Shown here piece after piece: positions 40,063 to 50,259 of a DNA stretch of 64,000 nucleotides; position 1 is the stretch's first letter, and every line of letters starts with the position of its first letter. The notes under the pieces were generated by a model, which saw only the letters and a list, made by a program, of their open reading frames with translations, was not told the origin of the DNA and did not search any database. Both the position numbers and the translations under genes were made by a program. The stretch is taken from contig JAFGCO010000011.1 in assembly GCA_016932575.1 (NCBI GenBank), positions 10,851 to 74,850 of the forward strand. The letters run 5' to 3'. Source of the DNA: a bacterium. GTDB taxonomy: Bacteria; Zhuqueibacterota; QNDG01; JAFGCO01.

Positions 40063-40899
40063 ATGATAGAAACGCCATACATTGTCACATATCCGGTATC
40101 TGATGCTGAATTTCAATTGATACAAAAGTTAATATATGAGACTGCGGGAGTATACATCAAATCCCATAAAAAAACAATGGTTGCCAACCGTCTCAGAAAA
40201 AGACTGGAGGCTCATGGCTTCAGCAGGCATAAACAGTATTATGATTTTATCACAAAGACACCGGAAGGACGACAAGAATTAATTGAATTTATTAATTGCC
40301 TGACCACCAATGAGACTTTTTTCTTTAGGCATGGCGAACAATTGGATCTCTTGGCAGAAAAAATTATTCCTCAACTTCTTTCTGAACTGAAACCTTCGGA
40401 AAAACTCCGAATATGGTCTGCCGCCTGCTCATCGGGTGAAGAACCTTATTCTATTGCAATATTGCTCCATCACAAATTCAGGCCAGATGTCCTGAAACGT
40501 ATTGAAATAGTGGCATCCGATATTAACATTCAGGTATTGGAAAAGGCCAAACAGGGGGATTATAAACCGTATGCACTGCAAAAGGTATCGCCATTTTTCA
40601 AGGGTCATTACTTCGAAAAAAAATCCGAAGACAAATATCACCTGATCCGGCCAGTGAAAGAAATGGTTCAATTCTTTCGCCATAATTTATTAGAATCCAA
40701 TCACCACGGAAAATTTGATATTATTCTCTGCCGTAATGTAATGATCTATTTCGATATTGAAAGTAAAAAGAAAACACTTGGGCAAATAGACCTGTGTTTG
40801 AAAAAGGGCGGATATTTGATGACCGGTTACGCAGAAAGTCTTTTTAGAATAGAAACCACTTTAAAGTATATACAACCGACACTCTATTTCAAAGAATAG
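40063..40899 (+). CDS. cheR: Chemotaxis methyltransferase CheR
   Basis: TTNETFFFR, IWSAACSSGEEPYSIA, ASDI, FDIILCRNVMIYFD. Confidence 0.96.
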   Translation: MIETPYIVTYPVSDAEFQLIQKLIYETAGVYIKSHKKTMVANRLRKRLEAHGFSRHKQYYDFITKTPEGRQELIEFINCLTTNETFFFRHGEQLDLLAEKIIPQLLSELKPSEKLRIWSAACSSGEEPYSIAILLHHKFRPDVLKRIEIVASDINIQVLEKAKQGDYKPYALQKVSPFFKGHYFEKKSEDKYHLIRPVKEMVQFFRHNLLESNHHGKFDIILCRNVMIYFDIESKKKTLGQIDLCLKKGGYLMTGYAESLFRIETTLKYIQPTLYFKE

Positions 40900-40913
40900 G
40901 TAAATCGATCACC

Positions 40914-42995
40914 ATGCATACCATATTTGATGAATATAAAATTGCTTTTCTTGAGGAAACCCAGGAACATCTGATCATGTTGAACGACGATTTAATTGCT
41001 CTCGAAAAAAATCCTTCCCAGACTGATCTTATTGACAGCATTTTTCGTGTTTTGCATACCCTGAAAAGTTCGGCAGCCGCTGTCGGTTTCAATGAGCTGA
41101 GTCAGTTTGCCCATCGTGCTGAAGATCTGGTCCAACAAATTCGTAATAAACAGAGAAAAATCACTCCTAAACTTGTCAATCTTCTGTTCCAGGTGTTCGA
41201 TAACATTCAGGCATTCATCAACCTTGCTCAGTCAGATCATGCCGACAACAAAATATTCTCCCAAGTATTACGGCAGCTGATGGCCTATAAAAGCCGAAAA
41301 GGCCGAAAAAATATTCGTATAAAACCGGAGATACCCGCTTCTGCATCCGTGCAGCAGTTGCCGGCCGAGATTCAGACCCATCTTAATCAAAAGACCGGAA
41401 GAGATGCGACTCTCTACGAAATTTCTGTTTGCATTGATACTGCTGAACCCATTAAATGGCTGCGTTCGGAACTCATTCTAAATCATGCAAAAAAACTCGG
41501 GGAAATTGTCGCCATTGTACCGGACAAATCTTCATTTCAATCCATCGCGTTTGATGGCAGATTCAAACTCTTTCTTTCATCAAAACAAAACGCAGCAACC
41601 ATTCAAAAAAAGATTACGATTGATTTGATGAAAATTGAGAACATTCAAGTGCTTTCACCGAACGACATGACCAATTCAAACACTCCTCAATCATCCCAGG
41701 TTGAGAACAATCGCAATCGCTTCAACAATTACAAACAAGCCGGAAAAACCAATACCATTCGTGTGCCAATAAAAAAGCTGGACAGTATCATGCACCTTGT
41801 GGGAGAATTGGTGGTGGCCAATTCAGCGTTAAAAATACTGGAAAATCAGATTCATAATATTCATCGAGACGACCCGATCTCTCATGAAATGAATTTAATT
41901 GTAGATAAATTTTCCAAGCTGTCGACATCACTACAAAGCAGGGTGTTAAACACGCGTATGATGCCGATTTATATCCTGTTTAATCAATATAACCGGGTTG
42001 TCCGCGACCTTTCTCAAAAGGAATCAAAAGAAATTGATTTATTAATCAGCGGAGGCGAAACCGAGCTGGACAAAAAAGTAATCGATGCCATGGGCGACCC
42101 TCTGACCCATCTGATACGAAATGCAGTAGATCATGGTATTGAATCACCTCAGGAACGGAAAAGCAAAGGTAAAAACCTCCGGGCAAAAATTCAATTGTCT
42201 GCAGCACAGGCTGGAAACCACATCCTTATTTCAATTAAGGATGACGGAAGGGGTCTTGATTTAAATAAAATCCGAACGACCGCTGTGGAAAAGGGATTGC
42301 TGCAAAAAGAGGCAGCTGACAGTATGGCGGAATCCGAAATTCTGAATATGGTTTTTGAACCCGGATTCAGCACCGCTGAAAAGGTGAGTTCTGTTTCAGG
42401 AAGAGGGGTTGGTTTGGATGTGGTAAATAATATTATCAGCAGTCTGAATGGAACTGTTCAGATTAATTCCCGACAGAATCAGGGAACTGAATTTTTAATT
42501 ACACTTCCATTAACACTGGCAATATCCACAGTTATTGTCGTAGAAGCGGGGAAAAGCAGTTATGGTATTCCCATCAATGATATTCGCGAGACGATTAAAG
42601 TACCTGAGCATGAATTAAACACACGGCAATGCATTCGTGCACTAAACTTGGAAAATCGTGTTATCCCGGTATTGGGGCTTGATCAGATTCTTGACGAAGC
42701 ACCGGCGCGATTGCCCAAAGACATCCATGGGAATGTTCCTGTCATTATCGTCACTTACCAGGAGCGTGAAATCGGACTCATCGTCGATCGCATTATGGGT
42801 AAACAGGAAATTGTCATGAAACCATTAGAAGAACATTATAAATCAATTCGCGGTGTATCCGGGGCCGCTATTCTGGGGGATGGGACTGTAATTCTCATCG
42901 CCGATGTACTGGGCATCATACAAATTGTAAGAGACATTGAAAAAGAAGACCAAAAATCCCAAACAACCATAAAGGAAAAGGTACAACCATGTTAA
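40914..42995 (+). CDS. cheA: Chemotaxis histidine kinase CheA (P1-P5)
   Basis: IFRVLHTLKSS, TIRV...LD....LVGELV, HLIRNAVDHGIE, DDGRG, PGFSTAE.VS.VSGRGVGLDVV, LPLTLAI, GAAILGDG. Confidence 0.97.
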   Translation: MHTIFDEYKIAFLEETQEHLIMLNDDLIALEKNPSQTDLIDSIFRVLHTLKSSAAAVGFNELSQFAHRAEDLVQQIRNKQRKITPKLVNLLFQVFDNIQAFINLAQSDHADNKIFSQVLRQLMAYKSRKGRKNIRIKPEIPASASVQQLPAEIQTHLNQKTGRDATLYEISVCIDTAEPIKWLRSELILNHAKKLGEIVAIVPDKSSFQSIAFDGRFKLFLSSKQNAATIQKKITIDLMKIENIQVLSPNDMTNSNTPQSSQVENNRNRFNNYKQAGKTNTIRVPIKKLDSIMHLVGELVVANSALKILENQIHNIHRDDPISHEMNLIVDKFSKLSTSLQSRVLNTRMMPIYILFNQYNRVVRDLSQKESKEIDLLISGGETELDKKVIDAMGDPLTHLIRNAVDHGIESPQERKSKGKNLRAKIQLSAAQAGNHILISIKDDGRGLDLNKIRTTAVEKGLLQKEAADSMAESEILNMVFEPGFSTAEKVSSVSGRGVGLDVVNNIISSLNGTVQINSRQNQGTEFLITLPLTLAISTVIVVEAGKSSYGIPINDIRETIKVPEHELNTRQCIRALNLENRVIPVLGLDQILDEAPARLPKDIHGNVPVIIVTYQEREIGLIVDRIMGKQEIVMKPLEEHYKSIRGVSGAAILGDGTVILIADVLGIIQIVRDIEKEDQKSQTTIKEKVQPC

Positions 42996-43618
42996 ATCTT
43001 GCCGAGGAATTAAACAAGGTCAATATCTCCAAATCCACCTTTAACCAAATCAAACACATCTTTCAATATGGATTTGACCAGGCGGCACATTCGGCTTCAA
43101 CAATGTTTGGTCGTCCCATGACCATCGATCAAATTCAAATCCAGATAAAAAGCGGTGAAACCTTTATGAATCAGGTTGAAAATGAATTTGAAACATGCTA
43201 TTTCGCCTCTATCATTAAAACCATGAACGACATGAACTTAAATATCCTCTTCCTCACATCTGAAACAGAAGGCATCGGGTTGTATCACTCATTGATTGGA
43301 GAAGAGAAAAGAGCAAATGTTTTCGTCACATCAGAAATGATTTCCGCTATTGGAGAACTCAACAATATTCTTGGAAGCGCCTTTATCAACAGCATTGCAA
43401 ATTACTTTAAAACAATTATTCATGCAACCCCCCCTTATAATACATTTGATATGTTGGGGGCTGTGGTTCAATGTATCGTATTGCAGGATGAGTTTTTAAA
43501 CAAAGAATTTTTATGTGTGGATGCGGCCATTCGTGAAAAGGAACATGAGGGATTTCTGATTCGATTAATCATCATGTCGAATAAAGATCTATTTATTGAA
43601 CTGGCAAACCGATTCTAA
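42989..43618 (+). CDS. cheC: CheC-like CheY-P phosphatase (only the second site intact)
   Basis: AA.SASTMFGRP; SAIGELNNILGSAFINSIAN; TPP....DMLGA; adjacent to cheD. Confidence 0.8.
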   Translation: MLNLAEELNKVNISKSTFNQIKHIFQYGFDQAAHSASTMFGRPMTIDQIQIQIKSGETFMNQVENEFETCYFASIIKTMNDMNLNILFLTSETEGIGLYHSLIGEEKRANVFVTSEMISAIGELNNILGSAFINSIANYFKTIIHATPPYNTFDMLGAVVQCIVLQDEFLNKEFLCVDAAIREKEHEGFLIRLIIMSNKDLFIELANRF

Positions 43619-43626
43619 AAGGCCCG

Positions 43627-44100
43627 ATGGAAACCTTTTTAAAAATGTCCGAAATCCGGGTGGCAAAGGCACCTTGCGTGATTAAAACTGTTGTCGGATC
43701 ATGTATTGCGCTTTGTATTTGGGACAGGGAAACCAGGATTGGAGGAATGGCCCATATTATGATGCCAAGCAATAATGGAGATACTTCGGCACCAAAAGGC
43801 AAATACGCAGATCTTGCTGTGGATGCACTCATTAATGAAATGCAGGAAAAAGGTGCTGTCCTAAAAGATATGATTGCCACCTGTATAGGCGGAGCAACCA
43901 TGTTTGGAAAAGTCAACGGATTAAAACCGACAATTGGCGAACGTAATGTGGAAATTGTCAAATCTCTTTTAACAGATTACACGATTCCAATCATGATTGA
44001 ATCTGTGGGCGGATTTGCAGGAAGAAAAGTTGCTTTGGACTGTAATAATGGGGCTGTAACTGTGACGATGCTTAATAAAAAATTTCAGTATGATTGGTGA
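43627..44100 (+). CDS. cheD: Chemoreceptor glutamine deamidase CheD
   Basis: TVVGSCIA...GGMAHIMMP, KYAD, GGATMF, IGERN, VGGFAGRK. Confidence 0.95.
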   Translation: METFLKMSEIRVAKAPCVIKTVVGSCIALCIWDRETRIGGMAHIMMPSNNGDTSAPKGKYADLAVDALINEMQEKGAVLKDMIATCIGGATMFGKVNGLKPTIGERNVEIVKSLLTDYTIPIMIESVGGFAGRKVALDCNNGAVTVTMLNKKFQYDW

Positions 44101-44106
44101 TAAACC

Positions 44107-45192
44107 ATGAGTCATTCAAAACAAGAAAAGCCCATAGGGGTTCTATGCGTTGATGACTCTCCTCTCATTCGTAAAATTCTGACGCGGATGATTGGAAAAC
44201 ATCCGGATCTGAAGCTTTTGGGGACCGCACATAACGGAAAAACGGCATTGGAAGAAATCGCCAGGAAAAAACCGGATGTTATTACCCTTGACTTTGAAAT
44301 GCCTGAAATGGATGGGCTGGAAACTTTGCGCCGAATCATGCAGGAAATGCCAACACCCGTCATCATGTTAAGCTCATATTCTGTCGAAGGTGCGGATTTA
44401 ACATTTCGAGCTCTGGATCTCGGCGCTGTGGACTTTATTGCCAAACCGCACAAGATTTTTTCTCGAAGCATAGAAGATATTGAAACGCAAATTTTAAATA
44501 AAATCCGCGCGGCCAGTCAGGTCCATGTTAAAAAAATGGATCCTGTTCAAATAAAATCTGCTCTCAACAGTCAGCATCTGCATAAAGAACATAAAAAATC
44601 AATCCGGATACGTGCCTGTGACTATGTCATTTCTATTGGAGTTTCCACTGGCGGACCATTGGCTCTAAAACAAATATTGCCGATGATACCGGCAGATATC
44701 AATGCTTGCTTTTTAATTGTGCAGCATATGCCGCCGGGATTCACAAAAGCATTGGCTGACCGTTTAAACGAAATTGCTTCTGTTGATATCAAAGAAGCGG
44801 ACGACGGCGATCTTTTGATGAGTGGTAAAGTCTATATCGCAAAAGGCGACCACCATTTGATCGTACGCGGAGCGAACCATGGCTGGATTACAGGACTCAG
44901 CATAAATGGGCATGTATCCAGTTTTCGGCCTTCGATTGACGTTTTAATGAACTCAACATCCAAATATTTTGAAGACAGAAATATTGGCGTCATCATGACA
45001 GGCATGTGCGCCGATGGTGTCAAAGGCGTTCAAAGCATAAAGAATAAAAACGGACGGGTGATTGCACAAGATGAACGGACATCCGTCATTTTTGGAATGA
45101 ATAAACTGGCAATACAGGCGGGTTATGTCGACGAAATCGTTCCTTTAAATCAAATTATTCCTAAAATTCTGGAACACATTAATTACGCGTAA
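44107..45192 (+). CDS. cheB: Chemotaxis methylesterase CheB (REC + methylesterase)
   Basis: DVITLDFEMP; GVSTGGP, VQHMPPGFT, RPSIDVL, MTGMCADG (Ser-His-Asp triad present). Confidence 0.96.
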   Translation: MSHSKQEKPIGVLCVDDSPLIRKILTRMIGKHPDLKLLGTAHNGKTALEEIARKKPDVITLDFEMPEMDGLETLRRIMQEMPTPVIMLSSYSVEGADLTFRALDLGAVDFIAKPHKIFSRSIEDIETQILNKIRAASQVHVKKMDPVQIKSALNSQHLHKEHKKSIRIRACDYVISIGVSTGGPLALKQILPMIPADINACFLIVQHMPPGFTKALADRLNEIASVDIKEADDGDLLMSGKVYIAKGDHHLIVRGANHGWITGLSINGHVSSFRPSIDVLMNSTSKYFEDRNIGVIMTGMCADGVKGVQSIKNKNGRVIAQDERTSVIFGMNKLAIQAGYVDEIVPLNQIIPKILEHINYA

Positions 45193-45208
45193 AAGGAGGT
45201 GAAATCTT

Positions 45209-45718
45209 ATGGCCATACAAGATCTGGATGCAAATTTTATTGAGCTTTTTCTGGGATCAGTCGAATCTACTTTTTCAAAGGTTTTTAATACTGAAGTCAC
45301 CCGTGGACAAATGTCTATCTGGAAAAACAATCTGAGCGATCATGAAATTGCTGCGATTACCGGAATTATTGGAGAAGCGCATACGGGAATGGTAATTTAC
45401 AGTATGAAAGAATGCACTGCAGAAAGGATGATTCGCTTTCTGGATCCTTCGATGTCAAAGGAATTCGACAGACGGGTTATTTACGATGGACTCAGCGAAA
45501 TCATTTGTATACTCTCGGGAAACACAATGACTGCCTTTTCAGAAAATGATATTGAGATTGACATCACAACTCCTTCTATTGTCTCAGGAGACTCGTTTCA
45601 AATGCATATGCCTAATCACACAATGCTGACCGTGGATATGCTTTCTGAATTCGGAACCATCGATGTGAATATTGCTATTAAACGACATGGCAAAAAACAA
45701 AAAAATAAAGCAGCATAA
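45209..45718 (+). CDS. cheX: CheX-family protein with the catalytic Asn replaced by Cys
   Basis: AAITGIIG...GMVIYS, DGLSEIICILSGN, IDITTPSIVSG, F...GTIDV. Confidence 0.8.
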   Translation: MAIQDLDANFIELFLGSVESTFSKVFNTEVTRGQMSIWKNNLSDHEIAAITGIIGEAHTGMVIYSMKECTAERMIRFLDPSMSKEFDRRVIYDGLSEIICILSGNTMTAFSENDIEIDITTPSIVSGDSFQMHMPNHTMLTVDMLSEFGTIDVNIAIKRHGKKQKNKAA

Positions 45719-45731
45719 GGAGGATAGCTTA

Positions 45732-46094
45732 ATGGGAAAAATTATGATTGTTGATGACGCCCGGTTGATGCGAAATATCATTCGTACAGCGCTACTGGAA
45801 AATAATGATTACAAAATTGTTGAAGCGGTTAATGGAAAAGAAGCCGTAGCCTTGTACAAGCAGGAACAACCGGACATTGTGACCATGGACATTACAATGG
45901 AAGTGAAAAACGGTGTGGAAGCTGCCAAAGAAATTTTGGAATATGATCCCAATGCTAAAATCATCATGGTCACATCTTTGGGACAGGAAAAACTTCTCAA
46001 AGAATGTGTGGAGGCTGGTGTAAGCGATTATATCGTCAAGCCATTCACCAAAGAAAGGATCACATCATCCATATTGAATTCATTGAACAACTGA
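45732..46094 (+). CDS. cheY: Single-domain response regulator CheY (copy 1)
   Basis: IVDDARLMR, PDIVTMDITM, VTSLGQ, YIVKPF; ATG 45732 after GGAGGA. Confidence 0.9.
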   Translation: MGKIMIVDDARLMRNIIRTALLENNDYKIVEAVNGKEAVALYKQEQPDIVTMDITMEVKNGVEAAKEILEYDPNAKIIMVTSLGQEKLLKECVEAGVSDYIVKPFTKERITSSILNSLNN

Positions 46095-46216
46095 TTCACC
46101 TATCATGGATAATCGTATGATTCAGTTTTATATTGAACAAAGAGAAACCTTAATAGGAGTTAGACAGATGACAACAAATCATTCAGTCGATCCATTATAT
46201 CCATCAGGAGGTCTGC

Positions 46217-46639
46217 ATGTATAAAATTCTCATTGCCGATGATGCAAAATTAATGCGGGACATCATCTGTCAGGTATTCAGAGAATTCGGCGATTTCGAA
46301 ATAATCATTGCGCATAACGGCAATGAAGCAGTTGAACTCTACAAACAGCACCAACCGGATCTCGTAACTATGGATATCACAATGGAGATAAAAGACGGGC
46401 TCCAGGCCACTCAGGAAATCATGACTTATGATGCCAATGCTAAAATTATCATCATTACATCCCTGGGTCAAGATAAATTGCTGAATGCATGCCTGAATTG
46501 CGGAGCTTATGATTTTATTGTCAAGCCCTTTAACAAAGACCGTATTAAATCAGCTGTTCAAAACGTATTAGGTAAAAAAAATGTTTCAATACCGAACCGA
46601 AATACATCAATGCTTAACTCTTCAATGACATACAAGTAA
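46217..46639 (+). CDS. cheY: Single-domain response regulator CheY (copy 2)
   Basis: IADDAKLMR, PDLVTMDITM, ITSLGQ, FIVKPF; AGGAGG RBS. Confidence 0.9.
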   Translation: MYKILIADDAKLMRDIICQVFREFGDFEIIIAHNGNEAVELYKQHQPDLVTMDITMEIKDGLQATQEIMTYDANAKIIIITSLGQDKLLNACLNCGAYDFIVKPFNKDRIKSAVQNVLGKKNVSIPNRNTSMLNSSMTYK

Positions 46640-46655
46640 AATTGAGAAGAAACCA

Positions 46656-47759
46656 ATGGCACTCGAAATGGTATTGATCGAAAGAATCTGGATGGAGCTT
46701 CTGGAAACAGCAAATATGCCATGCTTCATTATGGATGAGCAGGGTCAGCTTATTGAAGGAAACGATGCTCTTAAAATATTGATAGAATGCCCATCCTGGC
46801 AAACCATCGAGCCGTACAACGTATTTGAAAAACTCGGAATAGATGATAACAATTTGAAACATATCAGAGATAAGCTTGATAAAGGCATCCTCTCTCAGCA
46901 TATCCAAATCCGTCACAAGGGAAAAAACCGGAGAATGCATTTTATTTGTCGAGAAATGCAGGTTCAGGTTTATGATTCAATGATGTATTATGGTATGCTG
47001 ATAGATGAAACAGAAAAAGTGGAATTGCAGCAAAAATGGTCCCGTGCTAAAAAAACAGTTGCCCTGGGCCAATTAACCGGAGAAATCATCCACGATTTCA
47101 ATAATCTGACCAATATTATTCAAAATTGTGCAGAATTAATCCATCGCGAAATCGACGATAATGGTCATATTTACAATGATCTGCAGGCAATCAGACTGGC
47201 TGCCCAAAAAGCCAGCCAGCTGAGTCAAAAACTATTAACCTATATCAAAGAAGGGCACGAATCTCAATCCACAGTATTTTCTGTAAACGATAAAATTCGT
47301 GAGCTCCTTGGTATATACAATGCCTTTTTACAAAATCATTTTACCATTGAGTATCAATTAAATGCCGAAGAAGACCGGGTGCAAGGAGATCCAGCGCTTC
47401 TGGATCAGGCCATTATGAATTTACTTATCAATGCCAAGGAAGCCATGCCAGACGGGGGTATCATCACAATTATAACCAAAAACGTCAATATGATTGAAGC
47501 CCTGCCCCATAAAAAATCTTTAAAAATCTGTCCCAACAATTACATTTGCATTCAAATTAGAGATACCGGTCCAGGTATTCCTCAGGAATTAAAGAAAAAT
47601 ATTTTCCAGCCACTCTTCACCACAAAACAGAAAGGTACTGGTCTGGGATTATCCATTGTTGAAGACAATATACATAAATTGAACGGCCGTATTTCCGTTT
47701 ACAGCCGTAGAAAGCAGGGCTCAACTTTTAATATATTAATTCCATTTTATAAAAAATAA
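46656..47759 (+). CDS. Cytoplasmic PAS-HisKA-HATPase histidine kinase
   Basis: EIIHDFNNL, NAKEAM, DTGPG, FQPLFTTK.KGTGLGL; last gene of the che run. Confidence 0.9.
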   Translation: MALEMVLIERIWMELLETANMPCFIMDEQGQLIEGNDALKILIECPSWQTIEPYNVFEKLGIDDNNLKHIRDKLDKGILSQHIQIRHKGKNRRMHFICREMQVQVYDSMMYYGMLIDETEKVELQQKWSRAKKTVALGQLTGEIIHDFNNLTNIIQNCAELIHREIDDNGHIYNDLQAIRLAAQKASQLSQKLLTYIKEGHESQSTVFSVNDKIRELLGIYNAFLQNHFTIEYQLNAEEDRVQGDPALLDQAIMNLLINAKEAMPDGGIITIITKNVNMIEALPHKKSLKICPNNYICIQIRDTGPGIPQELKKNIFQPLFTTKQKGTGLGLSIVEDNIHKLNGRISVYSRRKQGSTFNILIPFYKK

Positions 47760-47828
47760 ATGACTATATCCGGTTTGTGTAAAAATGATTCGTTATAGTC
47801 ATATTAATGCAATCTCAATAATTCCATC

Positions 47829-47857
47829 TTGTCATTCATTGTTAAATTCTATATATT
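47829..47857 (+). promoter_or_regulatory. sigma70-type promoter
   Basis: TTGTCA-N17-TATATT, 31 nt before ATG 47888. Confidence 0.5.
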
Positions 47858-47887
47858 ATTATCATAATCACAAATAGGAAACCACTT

Positions 47888-48097
47888 ATGAAAACATGGG
47901 AATATAAACTTGTCGACAGTAATACCGTTAAGAAACCCGGTCTGATGAATGATTTTCCACCTGCCGATGTGGAGCAGCTACTCAACAAACTCGGCAGAGA
48001 AGGATGGGAAATTGTCTATTTTCAGTGTAAATTTAAAGCCAAGCAAATTGAAAATTTTTATGGGGTTGCCAAGAGAGAAGGCTCGGATCAATCTTAA
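47888..48097 (+). CDS. DUF4177 domain small protein
   Basis: WEYK...LNKLGREGWEIV....KRE pattern. Confidence 0.85.
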   Translation: MKTWEYKLVDSNTVKKPGLMNDFPPADVEQLLNKLGREGWEIVYFQCKFKAKQIENFYGVAKREGSDQS

Positions 48098-48306
48098 CCA
48101 TTGATTTTTTTAAACGAACATACAGCCCTTTTAAAGGGCAAATCGGATGATTCCCGGATAATATCATGATTCTTTGTATTCTCAATAATCTCTGAGTATA
48201 AACAGGCCTTAAAGTTCAATTCATGTGTGATTGAACCTTGGCTTTTCCATAAGAGTCCATTATCTTAACATATCTGCCTTCTAAATATTTTGGAGAAAAT
48301 CGCATT

Positions 48307-48867
48307 ATGCCGTTTCATTTTAAACATCTTGCTATACCGGATATTATTTTAATCGAACCAAAAACTTTTCGTGATCCACGCGGTTATTTTCTGGAAACAT
48401 ATAAACATCCCGATTTCACTGCAAACGGCATTCCAAATCATTTTGTTCAAGATAATCTCTCCCATTCAACAAAAAATATACTCCGGGGATTGCATTACCA
48501 GATACCGCCCCACGCACAGGGTAAACTGGTCATGGCCCTTCAGGGAGAAATCTTTGATGTGGCCGTTGATATTCGAAAAGGCTCACCCACATATGGAAAA
48601 TGGATTAAAAAACACCTGTCCGAGGCCCGCCATGGGATGCTTTACATTCCTCCAGGATTTGCTCACGGATTCTTTGTGAAAAGCGAGGTTGCCGTTGTCA
48701 TGTACAAGTGCACTTCTGAATATTCGCCTCAGCATGATCGGGGAATTATTTGGAATGATCCCGAAATCCGGATCTGCTGGCCTTCTGAAAAACCGATATT
48801 ATCAAAAAAAGATTTGTCTCTGCCCCGCCTTTGTGAAGCAGAAAATCCATTTTTATACGCCCCCTGA
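48307..48867 (+). CDS. rfbC: dTDP-4-dehydrorhamnose 3,5-epimerase
   Basis: DPRGYF.E, VQDNLS.S....LRGLHYQ, QGKLV, DVAVDIR.GSPTYG, GFAHGF, YKC. Confidence 0.96.
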   Translation: MPFHFKHLAIPDIILIEPKTFRDPRGYFLETYKHPDFTANGIPNHFVQDNLSHSTKNILRGLHYQIPPHAQGKLVMALQGEIFDVAVDIRKGSPTYGKWIKKHLSEARHGMLYIPPGFAHGFFVKSEVAVVMYKCTSEYSPQHDRGIIWNDPEIRICWPSEKPILSKKDLSLPRLCEAENPFLYAP

Positions 48868-48927
48868 AGGAAAACTGGTTCAGGAAATAATCTGAATGAA
48901 CAGAGCACACAATCAGCGTGAGACAAC

Positions 48928-50244
48928 ATGGAGAAAACGATGACATTTCATAACAATCATGCCAAATGTATTATTTTTACCTTTATGGGTCTTATCATTT
49001 TTCTGCAAGGCACATTCCTTTTTGCTGTATCTGAGACTGCAGTATTGTTTTTATTGATATCGCCTTCTCCCCAGGCCAACGGCATGGGCCATACTTATGC
49101 AGCTGCGGCTTCCAAAGATCCCATGGCGTCCTTGATGAATCCGGCTTATCTGGGTTGCTATACAGAACATTATAATGCCGGCTTGTCTTTTTCTTATGCT
49201 GACTGGCTTCCCGAACTGGTCTCAGACATGTCCTACCACTGCGTATCCGCCAACGCGGGATTGACACTGAAAAAAATGCCGGTTTCTTTTGGATTGGGAC
49301 TGCACCGCATATTTCTGGATATGGGAGAAAATGTCTGGACAAGTGAATCAGGTACAGAGCTGGATCGCTTTGAAAGCTGTGACAAGGCCCATGTGCTCTC
49401 CCTGGCCGGTTCATGGAATTATCTGATTAATTTCAGCGCCGGAATGAATATCAAATGGATCCATTCCATGCTGGCTCCTGACTGGATCAGTGTTGGAAGC
49501 AAACAAGGGGCGGGAGAGGCAAAATCGACGGCCTATGACTTTGGAATGGCCCTGAAAATCCCGGCGGTCCAATCATTTGAGCATATATACGGTGACCCCA
49601 TTTTTGGGGATTTTCCCGTAAGCATCTTTCTCACTCCCGGTGTGAACTACAGTATCAACAATATAGGTGAAAAATTGACCTATATGGATCCTAAAGAGGC
49701 CGATCCTTTGCCAAGGGCTGCCCGTACAGGGATTCATTTTGAAACCGGGCTCCGATATCAGCACAATGATTTCCGTTTCAATATCGTTTCATTCTGCTAT
49801 GCGCGTGAAGCAATGGATATCCTGGCTGAAAAACAATGGGATGCAAATCATGAAAAAACGTCGATTCGCTACCAATCCGGCCTGGGGGATATTGATTTCT
49901 TTCATAACATTCTGCAGGGTAAAAAAAATTATCATGCGGAAACAATGGATGGTTGGGAATTTTCATTATGTGAAACTGCGGACCTGCGTTATGGCTATTA
50001 TGAAGATATTTCCGGAAATGTTAACTATCATACGCTGGGAGTCAGTTTAAATATACTGCCCGCTTTCAAATTATATCGTTATTTATTCGGCCATCTTGAC
50101 CATGATGATCTTATTGATTTCTTTATTACATACGGAGATATTGAAATACTCTACTCACAATACGATACAGACAAGGGCCACCCTTTGCAGGGCACATATT
50201 TTGTCGGCTTCCGCCTGCAATTAAGAAATTTTATAAGCTTATAA
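48928..50244 (+). CDS. PorV/PorQ-like (FadL-type) outer-membrane protein
   Basis: Signal peptide, then AVLFLLISPSPQANGMG...NPA..G....SYADWLPELVSDM; NIKWIHS.L; AYDFG; INNIG.K.TY.....ADPLP...R.G. Confidence 0.78.
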   Translation: MEKTMTFHNNHAKCIIFTFMGLIIFLQGTFLFAVSETAVLFLLISPSPQANGMGHTYAAAASKDPMASLMNPAYLGCYTEHYNAGLSFSYADWLPELVSDMSYHCVSANAGLTLKKMPVSFGLGLHRIFLDMGENVWTSESGTELDRFESCDKAHVLSLAGSWNYLINFSAGMNIKWIHSMLAPDWISVGSKQGAGEAKSTAYDFGMALKIPAVQSFEHIYGDPIFGDFPVSIFLTPGVNYSINNIGEKLTYMDPKEADPLPRAARTGIHFETGLRYQHNDFRFNIVSFCYAREAMDILAEKQWDANHEKTSIRYQSGLGDIDFFHNILQGKKNYHAETMDGWEFSLCETADLRYGYYEDISGNVNYHTLGVSLNILPAFKLYRYLFGHLDHDDLIDFFITYGDIEILYSQYDTDKGHPLQGTYFVGFRLQLRNFISL

Positions 50245-50259
50245 ATTGATTATTTTTCA

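Noticed and set aside
27500..47800. Impression of lower GC in the signalling/che block, suggesting horizontal transfer
   Set aside because: GC was not computed, and no integrase, tRNA or flanking direct repeats are visible.
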